In this document: one piece after another, positions 38,857 to 48,457 of the stretch
Layout of the letters: each line of letters begins with the position of its first letter
Position numbering within the stretch: position 1 is the first letter of the stretch
Source: Acidimicrobium ferrooxidans
GTDB lineage: Bacteria; Actinomycetota; Geothermincolia; Fen-727; Anoxymicrobiaceae
Direction of reading: 5' to 3'
Assembly (NCBI GenBank): GCA_020723485.1
Contig: DYIU01000001.1
Span: 757,850 to 821,849, forward strand
DNA: 64,000 nucleotides
Notes under the pieces: generated by a model
Database searches by the model: none
What the model was told of the DNA's origin: nothing
Seen by the model: only the letters and a program-made list of their open reading frames with translations
Position numbers and translations under genes: made by a program

Positions 38857-40101
38857 ATGAGCGACAACGTGTACGTGGCGGACGTGGTGATGACGCGTTT
38901 CGACAAGCACCCGGACAAGAGCATAAAGCAGTTGACCGCCGAGGCGGTGAACGCGCTGCTGCAGTCGTCCGGCGTGGACGTTAAGGACCTCGAGGCGGCC
39001 TGGTTCTCGAACTCCGGGTGGGGCCTGAGCCAGACACAGCACTGCATACGGGGCCAGGTCGCGCTCGCGCCGATAGGGATACAGGGGCTCCCCATAACGA
39101 ACGTCGAGAACGCCTGCGCCGGGGGCTCGACCGCGATACATTCGGCCTGGACCGCAGTGAAGGCCGGGCTCTACGACCTTGTGCTCGCGGTAGGGGCTGA
39201 AAAAGTCTACTTCCCCCAGGACCGGAAGAAGATGTTCGAGGGTTTCATGTCAGGCACCGACGTCGAGTTCGCCCAGTCGATGATCGAGATGATGAAGGCG
39301 GACGCGAAGAAAAAGGCCGAGGAGGCCGGGGCGTCGGGCGAGGAGAAGAAGGGCGGGCACTCCGCGTTCATGGACATCTACGCCATGGGCGCCAGAATGC
39401 ACATGAAGGCGTACGGCACCACCCAGCGCCAGCTCGCCGTCATCGCCGCCAAGAACAGGGCCAACGGGGCGCTGAACCCGCTCGCGCAGTTCCAGCACGA
39501 GATGAGCGTCGAGGAGGTCCTCGCCGACGTGCAGGTCGCCTACCCGCTGACCAGGGCCATGTGCGCGCCCATCGGTGACGGCGCGGCCGCGGCGCTCATC
39601 GCGAGCGAGAGGGGCCTTAAGAAGCTCGACGGCGCCAGGCCGGCTCTCGTCAGGGCGTCCATGCTGGCGTCCGGGTCGCTGCCCGGAAGCGGGCTCGAAG
39701 GCATCAGCCGCAGGCTCAGCCAGGCCGCGTACGAGAAGTCGGGGCTCGGCCCGGAGGACATCGACGCGGTGGAGGTACACGACGCCACCGCGTTCGGCGA
39801 GCTCCTGCAGTGCGAGGACCTGGGCCTCTGCCCGGTCGGTGAGGGAGGGCCCTACGCGGAGTCCGGCGCAACCAGCCTGGGCGGAAAGCAGCCGGTGAAT
39901 CCTTCCGGCGGCCTGGAATGCCGCGGGCACCCAATAGGGGCTTCAGGCATCGCCCAGGTCTACGAGCTCGTGACCCAGCTCCGCGGCGAGGCCGGGCGGC
40001 GGCAGGTGGAGGGCGCCCGCGTGGCGATGGCCGAGAACGGCGGCGGCTTCATCGGGGTGGGCGAAGCCGCCATGTGCATACACATACTGGAAAAGGTCTG
40101 A
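38857..40101 (+). CDS. Thiolase-like protein, SCPx/lipid-transfer-protein type
   Basis: Thiolase active-site Cys context (ITNVENACAGGSTAI); C-terminal thiolase region (GGLECRGHPIGASGIAQV); overall layout like non-specific lipid-transfer-protein thiolases. Confidence 0.8.
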   Translation: MSDNVYVADVVMTRFDKHPDKSIKQLTAEAVNALLQSSGVDVKDLEAAWFSNSGWGLSQTQHCIRGQVALAPIGIQGLPITNVENACAGGSTAIHSAWTAVKAGLYDLVLAVGAEKVYFPQDRKKMFEGFMSGTDVEFAQSMIEMMKADAKKKAEEAGASGEEKKGGHSAFMDIYAMGARMHMKAYGTTQRQLAVIAAKNRANGALNPLAQFQHEMSVEEVLADVQVAYPLTRAMCAPIGDGAAAALIASERGLKKLDGARPALVRASMLASGSLPGSGLEGISRRLSQAAYEKSGLGPEDIDAVEVHDATAFGELLQCEDLGLCPVGEGGPYAESGATSLGGKQPVNPSGGLECRGHPIGASGIAQVYELVTQLRGEAGRRQVEGARVAMAENGGGFIGVGEAAMCIHILEKV

Positions 40102-40161
40102 GCAGGGCAGTTAAATCGGGGTCAGGCCTGGATTCAAGGCCCCTCGAGTCAGGAGTCCGGA

Positions 40162-41415
40162 TTGAAGAAGTGGCCCCTACTGGTTGCGCTGGCCGCCGGC
40201 GAGGCGGCGAGGCGGTTGCTGCGCACCGCCCCGGGTCCCGTGTCGCCGAAGTACCCCGACTTCGTGCCGGACGACTACCCCCCGCTGCTGTTCGAGGTGC
40301 CGACGGGTGACGGCCTGGTACTGCGGGGCAAGAGGTACGAGAACCCGGGAGCGACGCCGCTCATACTGATGGCCGGGTTCAGCGGAAACGGGTTCAACTA
40401 CGACATCGCCTTCGAAGAGACCAATTTCGCCCTTCACATGGCCCGCCGGGGCTACGACGTGTGGGTGGCCAATTTCCGCGCGACGGGCAGGAACCCGTAC
40501 AGGAGCGATTCCGGGGATTACTCGCACCACATCCAGGACCTGTGCGTCTACGACGCCCCCGCGCTCGTGGCCGCGGTAACAGAGAGGACCGGGATGAAGC
40601 CGGTCATATTCGGGCACAGCATGGGTGGGGTCGTGTGCTACGGGTACCTGCAGGGAGCGGACTACGAGGTGGACGGCGCAGTGCGCCGCCTTGTCTCGGA
40701 TCCCGACCTCGCGCGTGAGCGGAACGAGGCGGTGGCCGGCGTGGTCTCCCTGGCCGGCCCGGCGAGCTTCTACTGGCCGAAGGACTCCAGGTACTACTGG
40801 CTGGTCGCGAGCCCGGTGTCGAGGCTGTTCCTGAGGGCTTTCAGGGCACTGCTCCTGCGCTTCTCGACCAACCCGCGGCCGGTGCCGGTCGAGGACTCGG
40901 TAGTCGGGCTCATCCGGCGCGCGCCGAGGCTCGCCTACCTGGTCCTGAGGGCGGGCTACTCCTTCTTCGCCAATCTCGAGAACATGGACCCGGAGATGCT
41001 CATGGAGTCGGCGGCGTCCGGGATGAGCGACGTATCCGCGAGCGAGCAGTGCCAGCTGGTGGAAGCGCTCCTGACCGGGGACCTCGTCTCGCGACGGGTC
41101 GACGGCGCCGACGGCGGAGAGCCCCACAACCTGACAAGGCACATGCACATGATAACCGCGCCCATACTCTTCGTCGCCGCCGAGCTCGATGCGGTGAACC
41201 CGGCGGTGCTCTACCGCGACGGCTTCGAGCAGGTGGGAAGCCGGACGAAGTATTTCAAGTGCTTCACCGGGTACGGCCACGTCGACCTGATCCAGGGATA
41301 CGGGATAGGAGACACCGTCATTCCATACGTGGCGCGCTGGCTGGAGAAGGTGCTCGGAGACCAGCCGGATTCAAAGGGAGCTGTCGATGGCGCTTATGAA
41401 AAGGTCGGGGAATAA
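40162..41415 (+). CDS. Alpha/beta-hydrolase fold protein
   Basis: TTG start with AGGAG RBS; nucleophile elbow GHSMGG; length and layout typical of alpha/beta hydrolases. Confidence 0.7.
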   Translation: MKKWPLLVALAAGEAARRLLRTAPGPVSPKYPDFVPDDYPPLLFEVPTGDGLVLRGKRYENPGATPLILMAGFSGNGFNYDIAFEETNFALHMARRGYDVWVANFRATGRNPYRSDSGDYSHHIQDLCVYDAPALVAAVTERTGMKPVIFGHSMGGVVCYGYLQGADYEVDGAVRRLVSDPDLARERNEAVAGVVSLAGPASFYWPKDSRYYWLVASPVSRLFLRAFRALLLRFSTNPRPVPVEDSVVGLIRRAPRLAYLVLRAGYSFFANLENMDPEMLMESAASGMSDVSASEQCQLVEALLTGDLVSRRVDGADGGEPHNLTRHMHMITAPILFVAAELDAVNPAVLYRDGFEQVGSRTKYFKCFTGYGHVDLIQGYGIGDTVIPYVARWLEKVLGDQPDSKGAVDGAYEKVGE

Positions 41416-42238
41416 GGAGGTCTCGGGGGCCTCGGTAGTGGTCACAGGGGCCGCGTCGGGCCTCGGCAGGGGGCTCGCCCTCGAGTTCGCACGCGCGGGG
41501 GCCGCGCGCGTCGCGCTGGTCGACGTCGACGAGGAAGGCCTCGCCGGGACGAAGGGGATGGTCGAGGCTATCGGCGCCCGGGCGGTCTCGCACCGGGTGG
41601 ACGTCGCGGACTGGGACCAGATGGCCGGGTTCGCATCGGAGCTGCTGGCGGATTGGGGCGCCGTGGACATCCTGGTGAACAATGCCGGCGTCGGCGTGGG
41701 AGGCGAGCTGAAGGACGTCGACATACGCGACTTCGACTGGATAGTCGGCATCAACCTGATGGGAGAGATATACGGGACCAGGCTCTTCCTCCCGCACATG
41801 ATCGAAAGGGGCTCCGGCCACATAGTGAACATCGCATCGCTCTCCGGGCTGGTGCTCCTGCCTTTCCACCTGCCTTACACCACCACCAAGTACGGCCTGA
41901 CCGGATTCTCGGAAGCGCTCTGGGCGGAGGCAAGGCGCTTCGGCGTCGGGGTGACCCTGGTGTGCCCCGGGGCTGTAAAGACGTCCATAATGCAGAACAC
42001 CCGCGTGCCGGACGTGACCGGCAGGCAGCAGCAGTTCGTCGAGAGGTTCCAGGCCCGGCTCGAGGAGAAGGGCATGGAGCCGGAAGACGTGGCGCGCAGG
42101 GTCGTTGGGGCCGTGGAGCGCAACAGGTTCCTGCTCCTCACCGGCCCGGAGTCGTTCATCATGTACTACTTCAAGCGACTGGCTCCCGGAGCATGGCGGA
42201 GGCTGATCGCCTCCTTGACCGATATAGCCTCGAGATAG
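41387..42238 (+). CDS. Short-chain dehydrogenase/reductase (SDR)
   Basis: Cofactor motif VVVTGAASGLGRGLA; NNAG motif (LVNNAGVGVGG); catalytic YxxxK region present. Confidence 0.8.
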   Translation: MALMKRSGNKEVSGASVVVTGAASGLGRGLALEFARAGAARVALVDVDEEGLAGTKGMVEAIGARAVSHRVDVADWDQMAGFASELLADWGAVDILVNNAGVGVGGELKDVDIRDFDWIVGINLMGEIYGTRLFLPHMIERGSGHIVNIASLSGLVLLPFHLPYTTTKYGLTGFSEALWAEARRFGVGVTLVCPGAVKTSIMQNTRVPDVTGRQQQFVERFQARLEEKGMEPEDVARRVVGAVERNRFLLLTGPESFIMYYFKRLAPGAWRRLIASLTDIASR

Positions 42239-42330
42239 ACCACCGGCGGGCCGTGTCGGACGGTCCGCCGCGATCGACGGAGCGGTACACGCGGGGCCCG
42301 GGTGCGGGGCCCGGCAGCAAGGGAGGGACC

Positions 42331-43833
42331 ATGGTACCTCGAGGAGCCAACCTGGCCGTGCTCGAGCGGGAGCCGACGCCGAAGGACATCATGTGCGGGC
42401 TCGACGCGTCGGGCGGAATGCCGCGGGCCATTCGCAAGGAGACCCTGGAAGTCCTTGCGCTTGCGAGGCGGTTCAACGAGCTGGTAGTGAGGCCCGGCGC
42501 GCTCGAGCTCGACCGCAGAAAACACGAGGAGCCCGACTACCTGCCCTGGGATTTCGTGCACGAGGCCAACAGCTGGGGCCTCTACACCATGTTCATCCCG
42601 AAGCTCTTCGGGGGACAGGGTTACAACCTGCCCGCGCTATCTTACATGGTGGAGGAGCTCGGCTCGGCGTGCACCGGCATGGCCAACCTGGTGGGAGTCC
42701 ACTACCTCGGCGTGGCGACGCTCTGTTCCAGCTGGAACATGCGCCTGATGAACAAGGTGATGCGCGACACCGTGGAGGGCGAGAAGACCGGCGAGCCCTG
42801 CCTTATCTCACTCGCGATAACGGAGCCGGGCGCCGGCACCGACGTAGAGGAGGTGGAGCTGGTCTCCAAGGCGACCGTGACCTGCCAGGCGAAGAAGGTA
42901 CCCGGCGGCTACGTGGTCAACGGCCGCAAGATATTCATCTCGAACGGCCATCTCTCCACCTGGCATATGCTCATCGCCTACGAGGACCTCGCCAGCCCGG
43001 AGACCAGCACGGTCATGCTCGCGGTGCGAAACGGCATGGAGGGATTCTCCTTCGGGCGCCAGGAGCGCAAGATGGGGCAGAAGGGCTGCCCTGCGAGCGA
43101 GCTCATCTTCGAGGACTGCTTCGTCCCCGACGAGAACGTCTGTTTCAGCGCCTCCGAGGCAGGGAGCATGAAGGGCTCGGCCGAGCGCGTCACGATGCAG
43201 GTCATCGATTCAGTGGTATCCACCTCGCGCGCCGGGGTGGCCGGCTTCGGGACAGGTGTCGCGCGAGGGGCCTACGAGGAGGCGCTGCGCTTCGCGAGCG
43301 AGACCGAGGTGGGCGGCAAGCTCCTCATCAACCACGAATGGGCGCAGTGCATACTCGCCGAGATGTACAAGAACGTAGCCGTTTCCCGGCTCACGTACGT
43401 GGAGACGAACAACGCCAACGGGATGTACGGGATGTTCAAGATCATGCAGTGGAAACCGGTCTACTACTACCTGAAGTTCGTGCCCCGGGCTGTAATCGAC
43501 AGGGTCGTCCAGCCGCTGTTGGACCTGCCCGCTATGACGTGGCTGTTCCGGAAGGTGATGTTCGAGTGGCAGAAGGACTCCGACTGGCAGTGCACCTCGG
43601 GCTGGGGCTCGCTCGCGAAGTTCACCGCGACGGACGCCGGGGTCAGGAACTGCCAGCTCGCCCTCGAGCTGATGGGGCGTGCCGGCCTGCGGCACGACCG
43701 GGGGGCGGAGAAGCACCTGCGCGACTCCAAGCTCCTGCAGATATACGAGGGAACCAACCAGCTCAACCGGCTGAACGTCTTCAAGTGCTTCATCGGGCGC
43801 CAGGTGCCCGAAGCGCAGGTCTTCGAGGATTAG
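42331..43833 (+). CDS. Acyl-CoA dehydrogenase family protein
   Basis: ATG at 42331 with GGGAGGG RBS, inside the longer ORF from 41653; ACAD middle and C-terminal regions (FISNGHLSTW..., LLQIYEGTNQLNRL). Confidence 0.8.
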   Translation: MVPRGANLAVLEREPTPKDIMCGLDASGGMPRAIRKETLEVLALARRFNELVVRPGALELDRRKHEEPDYLPWDFVHEANSWGLYTMFIPKLFGGQGYNLPALSYMVEELGSACTGMANLVGVHYLGVATLCSSWNMRLMNKVMRDTVEGEKTGEPCLISLAITEPGAGTDVEEVELVSKATVTCQAKKVPGGYVVNGRKIFISNGHLSTWHMLIAYEDLASPETSTVMLAVRNGMEGFSFGRQERKMGQKGCPASELIFEDCFVPDENVCFSASEAGSMKGSAERVTMQVIDSVVSTSRAGVAGFGTGVARGAYEEALRFASETEVGGKLLINHEWAQCILAEMYKNVAVSRLTYVETNNANGMYGMFKIMQWKPVYYYLKFVPRAVIDRVVQPLLDLPAMTWLFRKVMFEWQKDSDWQCTSGWGSLAKFTATDAGVRNCQLALELMGRAGLRHDRGAEKHLRDSKLLQIYEGTNQLNRLNVFKCFIGRQVPEAQVFED

Positions 43834-43845
43834 GGAGGGATAAAG

Positions 43846-44976
43846 ATGGGGTCCCGGATAGACGAGGAGCTCCGCATGCTCGAGGAGATGGCGCTCGACT
43901 TCGCGGAGCGTGAGCTGAAGGACAGGCGCGAGGAGTGCGACCACTACCCCTACGCGCCGCTCGAGGAGAACGTGCTCGAGAAGGCCTGCGACGTGGGGTT
44001 TTTCTGCATGACCGTACCCGAGGAGCTCGAGGGCGGGGCCATGGGCGTCGAGGCGCTGTCGCTCGTGCTGAAGGACATATCGCGAACCGACGCGAGCCTC
44101 GCGGGAGTGATCTTCACTACCGCGCTCGCCCAGGAGCTCGTGCTGGCCGCCGGGGCCGGGTCGGTGCTTGCGGGCGCGCCGGGCAACGGCAGCTGGCGCG
44201 AATCTCTCATCGCGTTCCCCTCCTTCGACGACGCCGCCGAGAACCTCGGACTGAGTGCCGAACGGGCCGGCGGGGCGGGTTACACCCTGACGGGGAAGGT
44301 GGAATACGTTGTCCTGGGCGGTCTCGCCTCCAGGGCCCTGCTGCCGGCGGCGGTTCCCGGCGTGGACGGCTACTCCTTCTTCCTGCTCGACCTCGACGCC
44401 GAGGGTGTCAGGAAGAGCGAGCCTGTGCTGAGCCTCGGCCTGCACTCGTGCCCGGCCGTGGACCTGGAGCTCGACGGCGCGAGGGCCGCGCTCGTCGGAG
44501 AGGAGGGGCTGGGCGCCAGCTATTTCACCGACTGCGCCGACAGGCTGAGCATACCCGCCGCGGCCATCTCAACCGGCATCATGAAGGGGTGCCTCGACGA
44601 GGCGCTGGAGTACTCGCGGCAGAGGTTCCAGGGGGGCAGGGAGATAGTCAACTGGTCGGAGCTCAGGCGCATTCTCGCGGACATGGCGACCGTCCAGGCG
44701 ACGGCCGACGCGCTGGTCGCATGCGCCTGCGTGCGGGCCGAGGCAGACGAGCCCGGGTGGCGCCTGCTGGCCAGGGCGACGGCCCTCCAGGTGCAGGCCG
44801 CCGCCTGCGACGTCACGACCGACGGCATACAGGTCCTCGGCGGGAACGGCTACATGGAGGACTACGGGCAGGAGAAGCGGTTCCGCGACGCCAAGCAGGT
44901 CCAGGCGCTGCTCGGCCTGGTGCCGATGAGAAAGCTCGAGTACATAACCCGTGTCATCGAAGGCGAACCCACTTGA
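43846..44976 (+). CDS. Acyl-CoA dehydrogenase-like protein (second paralogue)
   Basis: Follows the first ACAD by 12 bp; N-terminal ACAD-like helical domain; C-terminal region ends with a GGNGY-type motif (LGGNGYMEDYGQEKRFRDAK). Confidence 0.7.
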   Translation: MGSRIDEELRMLEEMALDFAERELKDRREECDHYPYAPLEENVLEKACDVGFFCMTVPEELEGGAMGVEALSLVLKDISRTDASLAGVIFTTALAQELVLAAGAGSVLAGAPGNGSWRESLIAFPSFDDAAENLGLSAERAGGAGYTLTGKVEYVVLGGLASRALLPAAVPGVDGYSFFLLDLDAEGVRKSEPVLSLGLHSCPAVDLELDGARAALVGEEGLGASYFTDCADRLSIPAAAISTGIMKGCLDEALEYSRQRFQGGREIVNWSELRRILADMATVQATADALVACACVRAEADEPGWRLLARATALQVQAAACDVTTDGIQVLGGNGYMEDYGQEKRFRDAKQVQALLGLVPMRKLEYITRVIEGEPT

Positions 44977-44986
44977 ACGCAAAATC

Positions 44987-45008
44987 GGGGTCAGGTCACT
45001 TTGTTGCG
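44987..45008. repeat. Solo 22-bp arm of the GGGGTCAGGTCA element family
   Basis: GGGGTCAGGTCACTTTGTTGCG, 11 bp after the ACAD stop; no partner arm within 100 bp. Confidence 0.7.
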
Positions 45009-45047
45009 TTTCCTGGACAGGATCGAAAGGACGGGCGGGAGGACACA

Positions 45048-45821
45048 ATGGATGACGAGCTGTCGACCGAGCTGAGAGAGATGGACGACGAGCTGGACGA
45101 GATGCTCGAGGGCGAGGACCTCGCGCCGCCGCAGGGGGACGACTGGAACCCGGTGGAGAAGGTGATACTCGAGCGGCGCAGCGTGCGTAAATACAAGGAC
45201 AAACAGGTCCCGGAGAGCGTGGTGCGCCGCATACTGGAAGCCGGCCGGTTCGCGCCGTCGGCCGGCAACTGCCAGCCCTGGAAGTTCATAGTCGTCAGAG
45301 ACCCGGAGTTGATAGACGAGATGGAGCGGGACGCCCGCCGCATGTGCAGGCTGTTCCGGTTCTTCATGGACTGGCGGACGAGTCCCCTCGGTTACTGGAT
45401 CCCCTGGCTGCTCGCGCAGACGTACATAAGGCTGCTGCACCACGAGCTGCACCCGATACCGATGGGCGCCGTGTTCGCCATCTCGGAGGGCAACCTGTCC
45501 CTCTTCCACGGAGCGCCGACCGTCGTCTTCATCCTCGAGGACTTCCGCGGTGTCAGCAAGCCGAAAGTGGACATAGGCTGCTGCGGCCAGAACATGGTCC
45601 TTGCGGCACACAGCATGGGCCTGGGGACCTGCTGGGTGGGCACCATCAAGCTGCTCACCTTCACCCCGAAGTGGAGAAGGCGCCTGGGAGTAAAGTTTCC
45701 TTACAAGTTCTGCGAGGCCGTCACCATAGGGTACCCGGTGGGGCACCCGGACGGGATGATACCCAGGGAGACCGTGGAGACAGACTGGTACGAGGACGGA
45801 CGCAAGCGGACCACCTTCTGA
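45048..45821 (+). CDS. Nitroreductase-family flavoprotein with acidic N-terminal extension
   Basis: ATG at 45048 with GGGAGG RBS; nitroreductase motif RRSVRKYKDKQVPESVVRRILEAGRFAPSAGNCQPWKFIVV; N-terminal ~30 aa very acidic. Confidence 0.75.
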   Translation: MDDELSTELREMDDELDEMLEGEDLAPPQGDDWNPVEKVILERRSVRKYKDKQVPESVVRRILEAGRFAPSAGNCQPWKFIVVRDPELIDEMERDARRMCRLFRFFMDWRTSPLGYWIPWLLAQTYIRLLHHELHPIPMGAVFAISEGNLSLFHGAPTVVFILEDFRGVSKPKVDIGCCGQNMVLAAHSMGLGTCWVGTIKLLTFTPKWRRRLGVKFPYKFCEAVTIGYPVGHPDGMIPRETVETDWYEDGRKRTTF

Positions 45822-45837
45822 GCCTTGGAGGCTGTAA

Positions 45838-46167
45838 ATGGGCGAATTCACCCTCTTCGAGATGCTGCGGATACCCACGTACGACAACGAGGACTACGCG
45901 ACCACCGGGCGGGTCACGATCGACCTCGAGAAGTGCAACGGCTGCGGGTTGTGCGCTAAGGTGTGCCCGGGCAAGGCGCTCTATGTCGCAGGCGAGGGGA
46001 AGGACCGGAAGGCGCACATGCACGCTGATTTCCCGCAGTGCATGTCCTGCAACGACTGCGCCGCGATATGCGAGCGCGACGCCATATTCGTGAGCGTCCC
46101 CTACTTCTTCCCGTTCTTCTTCAAGACGCAGGGCAAGGGCGAGTTCTCGCCCCCCCGCAAGTTCTAA
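45838..46167 (+). CDS. 4Fe-4S dicluster ferredoxin-domain protein
   Basis: Two cysteine clusters: CNGCGLCAKVCP and CMSCNDCAAICE. Confidence 0.7.
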   Translation: MGEFTLFEMLRIPTYDNEDYATTGRVTIDLEKCNGCGLCAKVCPGKALYVAGEGKDRKAHMHADFPQCMSCNDCAAICERDAIFVSVPYFFPFFFKTQGKGEFSPPRKF

Positions 46168-46176
46168 CGAAACACA

Positions 46177-46249
46177 GGGTCAGGTCACTTGTTGCATTTC
46201 TTACTCTGAACTTGGCGGAGGATACAAGTGCAACAAGTGACCTGACCCC
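46177..46249. repeat. Full palindromic element of the GGGGTCAGGTCA family (20/21-bp arms, 32-nt loop)
   Basis: Arms GGGTCAGGTCACTTGTTGCA (46177-46196) and TGCAACAAGTGACCTGACCCC (46229-46249) are reverse complements; lies in the 85-bp gap between the ferredoxin and SDR genes. Confidence 0.8.
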
Positions 46250-46267
46250 GATGTGCAGGGAGGTGCA

Positions 46268-47119
46268 ATGGGTTACAGCGACATCCCGCGCACGGCGGTC
46301 ATAACCGGGGCCGGCTCGGGCCTGGGGAGGGCGATGGCGCTTACCCTGGCCCGGGAGGGCTTCAGGGTCGGAGCGGCCGACATCGACCTCGAGAGCGCCC
46401 GGGAGACCGTGGAGATAGTGCGCCGCGCCGGCTCTACAGGTGAGGCGGTCTCCTGCGACGTACGGTCCCACGACGCAGTCCACGCGCTGGCCGACCATTT
46501 CTTCGACGAATGGGGAGAGGTAGGCATAGTGGCGAACAACGCGGGCGTAGCCGACGTCGGCCACGTCGGTGACATCCCCATGCACTGCTGGCAGCGGACT
46601 ATCGAGACCAGCCTCTGGGGAGTCATCTACGGGTGCCACGCGTTCCTCCCCCGCATGAAGGCCAGCGGCGCCGGCCACATCATCAACACTGCTTCGGCCG
46701 CCGGCTTCATGAACATGCCCGAGATGGCGCCCTACAATATCGTCAAGGCGGGGGTCATCTCGCTGTCCGAGACGCTCAGGGTCGAGCTGACCCCGTTCGG
46801 CGTCGGCGTGACCGTCCTGTGCCCCAGCTTCATCGCGACTAACCTCGACAGGACCGCGACTGTCACCGACCCGTGGCAGGGCGAGCTGGTGACCGCCCTC
46901 TTCCAGAACGCGAAGGTCACCCCCGGCCAGGTCGCGGAGGCCACGCTGAAGGCGGTCAAGCGCAACCGCCTCTACGTGGTCCCCCAGTTCACCCCCAGGT
47001 GGGGCTGGAGGTTGAAGAGGTTGAATCCCGGAGCTTTCACCGCCGGCTTCGCCGCGGCCTACAACGCCCCCTTCGGCAAGCGCGTTGCCATGTTCTTCGC
47101 CCGCCGGGGGATGATATAG
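46268..47119 (+). CDS. Short-chain dehydrogenase/reductase (SDR)
   Basis: ATG at 46268; cofactor motif AVITGAGSGLGRAMA; NNAG motif (VANNAGVADVG). Confidence 0.8.
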   Translation: MGYSDIPRTAVITGAGSGLGRAMALTLAREGFRVGAADIDLESARETVEIVRRAGSTGEAVSCDVRSHDAVHALADHFFDEWGEVGIVANNAGVADVGHVGDIPMHCWQRTIETSLWGVIYGCHAFLPRMKASGAGHIINTASAAGFMNMPEMAPYNIVKAGVISLSETLRVELTPFGVGVTVLCPSFIATNLDRTATVTDPWQGELVTALFQNAKVTPGQVAEATLKAVKRNRLYVVPQFTPRWGWRLKRLNPGAFTAGFAAAYNAPFGKRVAMFFARRGMI

Positions 47120-47242
47120 GCCGGGACCTATTGCATTCCCCGGGCGAACTGGGATAAAAAAGACCCGTCCCTTCACAAAGGGATTTCACCCTGACTGGAA
47201 GAAGTTAGGGGTGTCTGACGAGGTCTGCTTGAGGGTGACGCG

Positions 47243-47461
47243 ATGGTGGCGGAAAAGCGCGCTACACGCATGCTCATACTCATCCCGGTTTTTGCGGTGC
47301 TGCTCGCTCTTCTCTTCTCTATGACAGGTCTCAACATGGGCATGACGGTCGCCGAGAGGCCGACGGCTCCCAGGGCCCTGATCCACGCCGCCGTCCTTTT
47401 CTCTGACGCCCTCTACATTACCGCCACCGGCGCCCAGGCGCTCGTGGCCCGTCGACAGTAA
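47243..47461 (+). CDS. Small hypothetical membrane protein (72 aa)
   Basis: ATG preceded by GAGGGTGA; one predicted TM helix (MLILIPVFAVLLALLFSMTGL); no homology recognised. Confidence 0.3.
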   Translation: MVAEKRATRMLILIPVFAVLLALLFSMTGLNMGMTVAERPTAPRALIHAAVLFSDALYITATGAQALVARRQ

Positions 47462-47568
47462 TCGCGGCGGCCCCCCTCAAAACGTGCCGGAACCCATTAC
47501 CTCGCACCGTGTGCGCCCGCGCCGCGACGGCTATTATATAGGCGACCGCAAAGAACAAGGGGGCTGCC

Positions 47569-48348
47569 ATGGACGAGGTGCTGGTCGAGAAGAGCGGGAA
47601 GGTCTGCACGGTCATCATCAACCGGCCCGAGGTGCGCAACTGCGTGAACCGGCCGACCGCCGAGCGGCTCTTCGAGGCGTTCAAGGAGTTCGACTCCGAC
47701 GATTCACTGTGCGCCGCGGTGCTCTGGGGCCAGGGCGGGTACTTCTGTGCCGGGGCTGACCTCAAGGCGCTGGCGAGCGGTGACCTCAACCTGATTAATC
47801 CCCTGAACGAGGACATGAGCCTCTGCGCCCCGATGGGCCCGACGCGGCTGCTCCTCTCAAAGCCGGTCATAGCGGCCGTCGCCGGCTACGCCGTAGCCGG
47901 TGGGATCGAGCTCGCCTGCTGGTGCGACCTCCGAATCGTTGAGGAGGACGCGGTGTTCGGGGTCTTCGACCGCAGGTTCGGCGTCCCCCTCATCGACGGG
48001 GGCACCCAGCGGCTCCCGCGGCTGGTCGGCCTGAGCCGCGCGCTCGACATGATACTGACAGGCCGGGCGGTGGGAGCCCGTGAGGCGCTCGAATTCGGGC
48101 TTGCGAACAGGGTGGTCGGCAAAGGGGAAGCCAGGCTGGAGGCGGAGAAGCTGGCCGCCGAGCTCGCGGAGTTTCCACAGTCGGGGCTGCGGGGCGACCG
48201 GAAAGCGGCCTATCTCGGGTTCGGGCTCGAGCTCGACAGGGCGATGGAACTCGAGTACAGGGTCGGCATCGAGGCTATCACCAGCGGCGAGGCGGTCACG
48301 GGAGCCACCGAGTTCACCGGCGGCAAGGGAAAGCACGGGCAGTTCTGA
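47569..48348 (+). CDS. Enoyl-CoA hydratase/isomerase (crotonase family)
   Basis: Crotonase oxyanion-hole region (FCAGADLKAL) and conserved catalytic stretch (VAGYAVAGGIELACWCDLRI). Confidence 0.85.
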   Translation: MDEVLVEKSGKVCTVIINRPEVRNCVNRPTAERLFEAFKEFDSDDSLCAAVLWGQGGYFCAGADLKALASGDLNLINPLNEDMSLCAPMGPTRLLLSKPVIAAVAGYAVAGGIELACWCDLRIVEEDAVFGVFDRRFGVPLIDGGTQRLPRLVGLSRALDMILTGRAVGAREALEFGLANRVVGKGEARLEAEKLAAELAEFPQSGLRGDRKAAYLGFGLELDRAMELEYRVGIEAITSGEAVTGATEFTGGKGKHGQF

Positions 48349-48457
48349 CTCCCGGCGCGCTGCGTGACAGCACGAAGGAGGCGCGGTGCCCGGGCGTTGC
48401 CTCTGTGGCAAGAGGTCGCTGGCTGGCTTTCCGCCCGGGCCCCACCGCCGAACTTCG

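Noticed and set aside
41653-42330. Upstream extension of the acyl-CoA dehydrogenase ORF (726-aa reading)
   Set aside because: It overlaps the SDR gene out of frame and is Arg/Gly-rich; a good ribosome-binding site precedes the ATG at 42331.
43935-45047. 628-aa ORF spanning the second acyl-CoA dehydrogenase gene and continuing into the nitroreductase gene
   Set aside because: Only the last ~257 codons encode a recognisable protein (nitroreductase); the upstream part is an alternative frame of the dehydrogenase gene.
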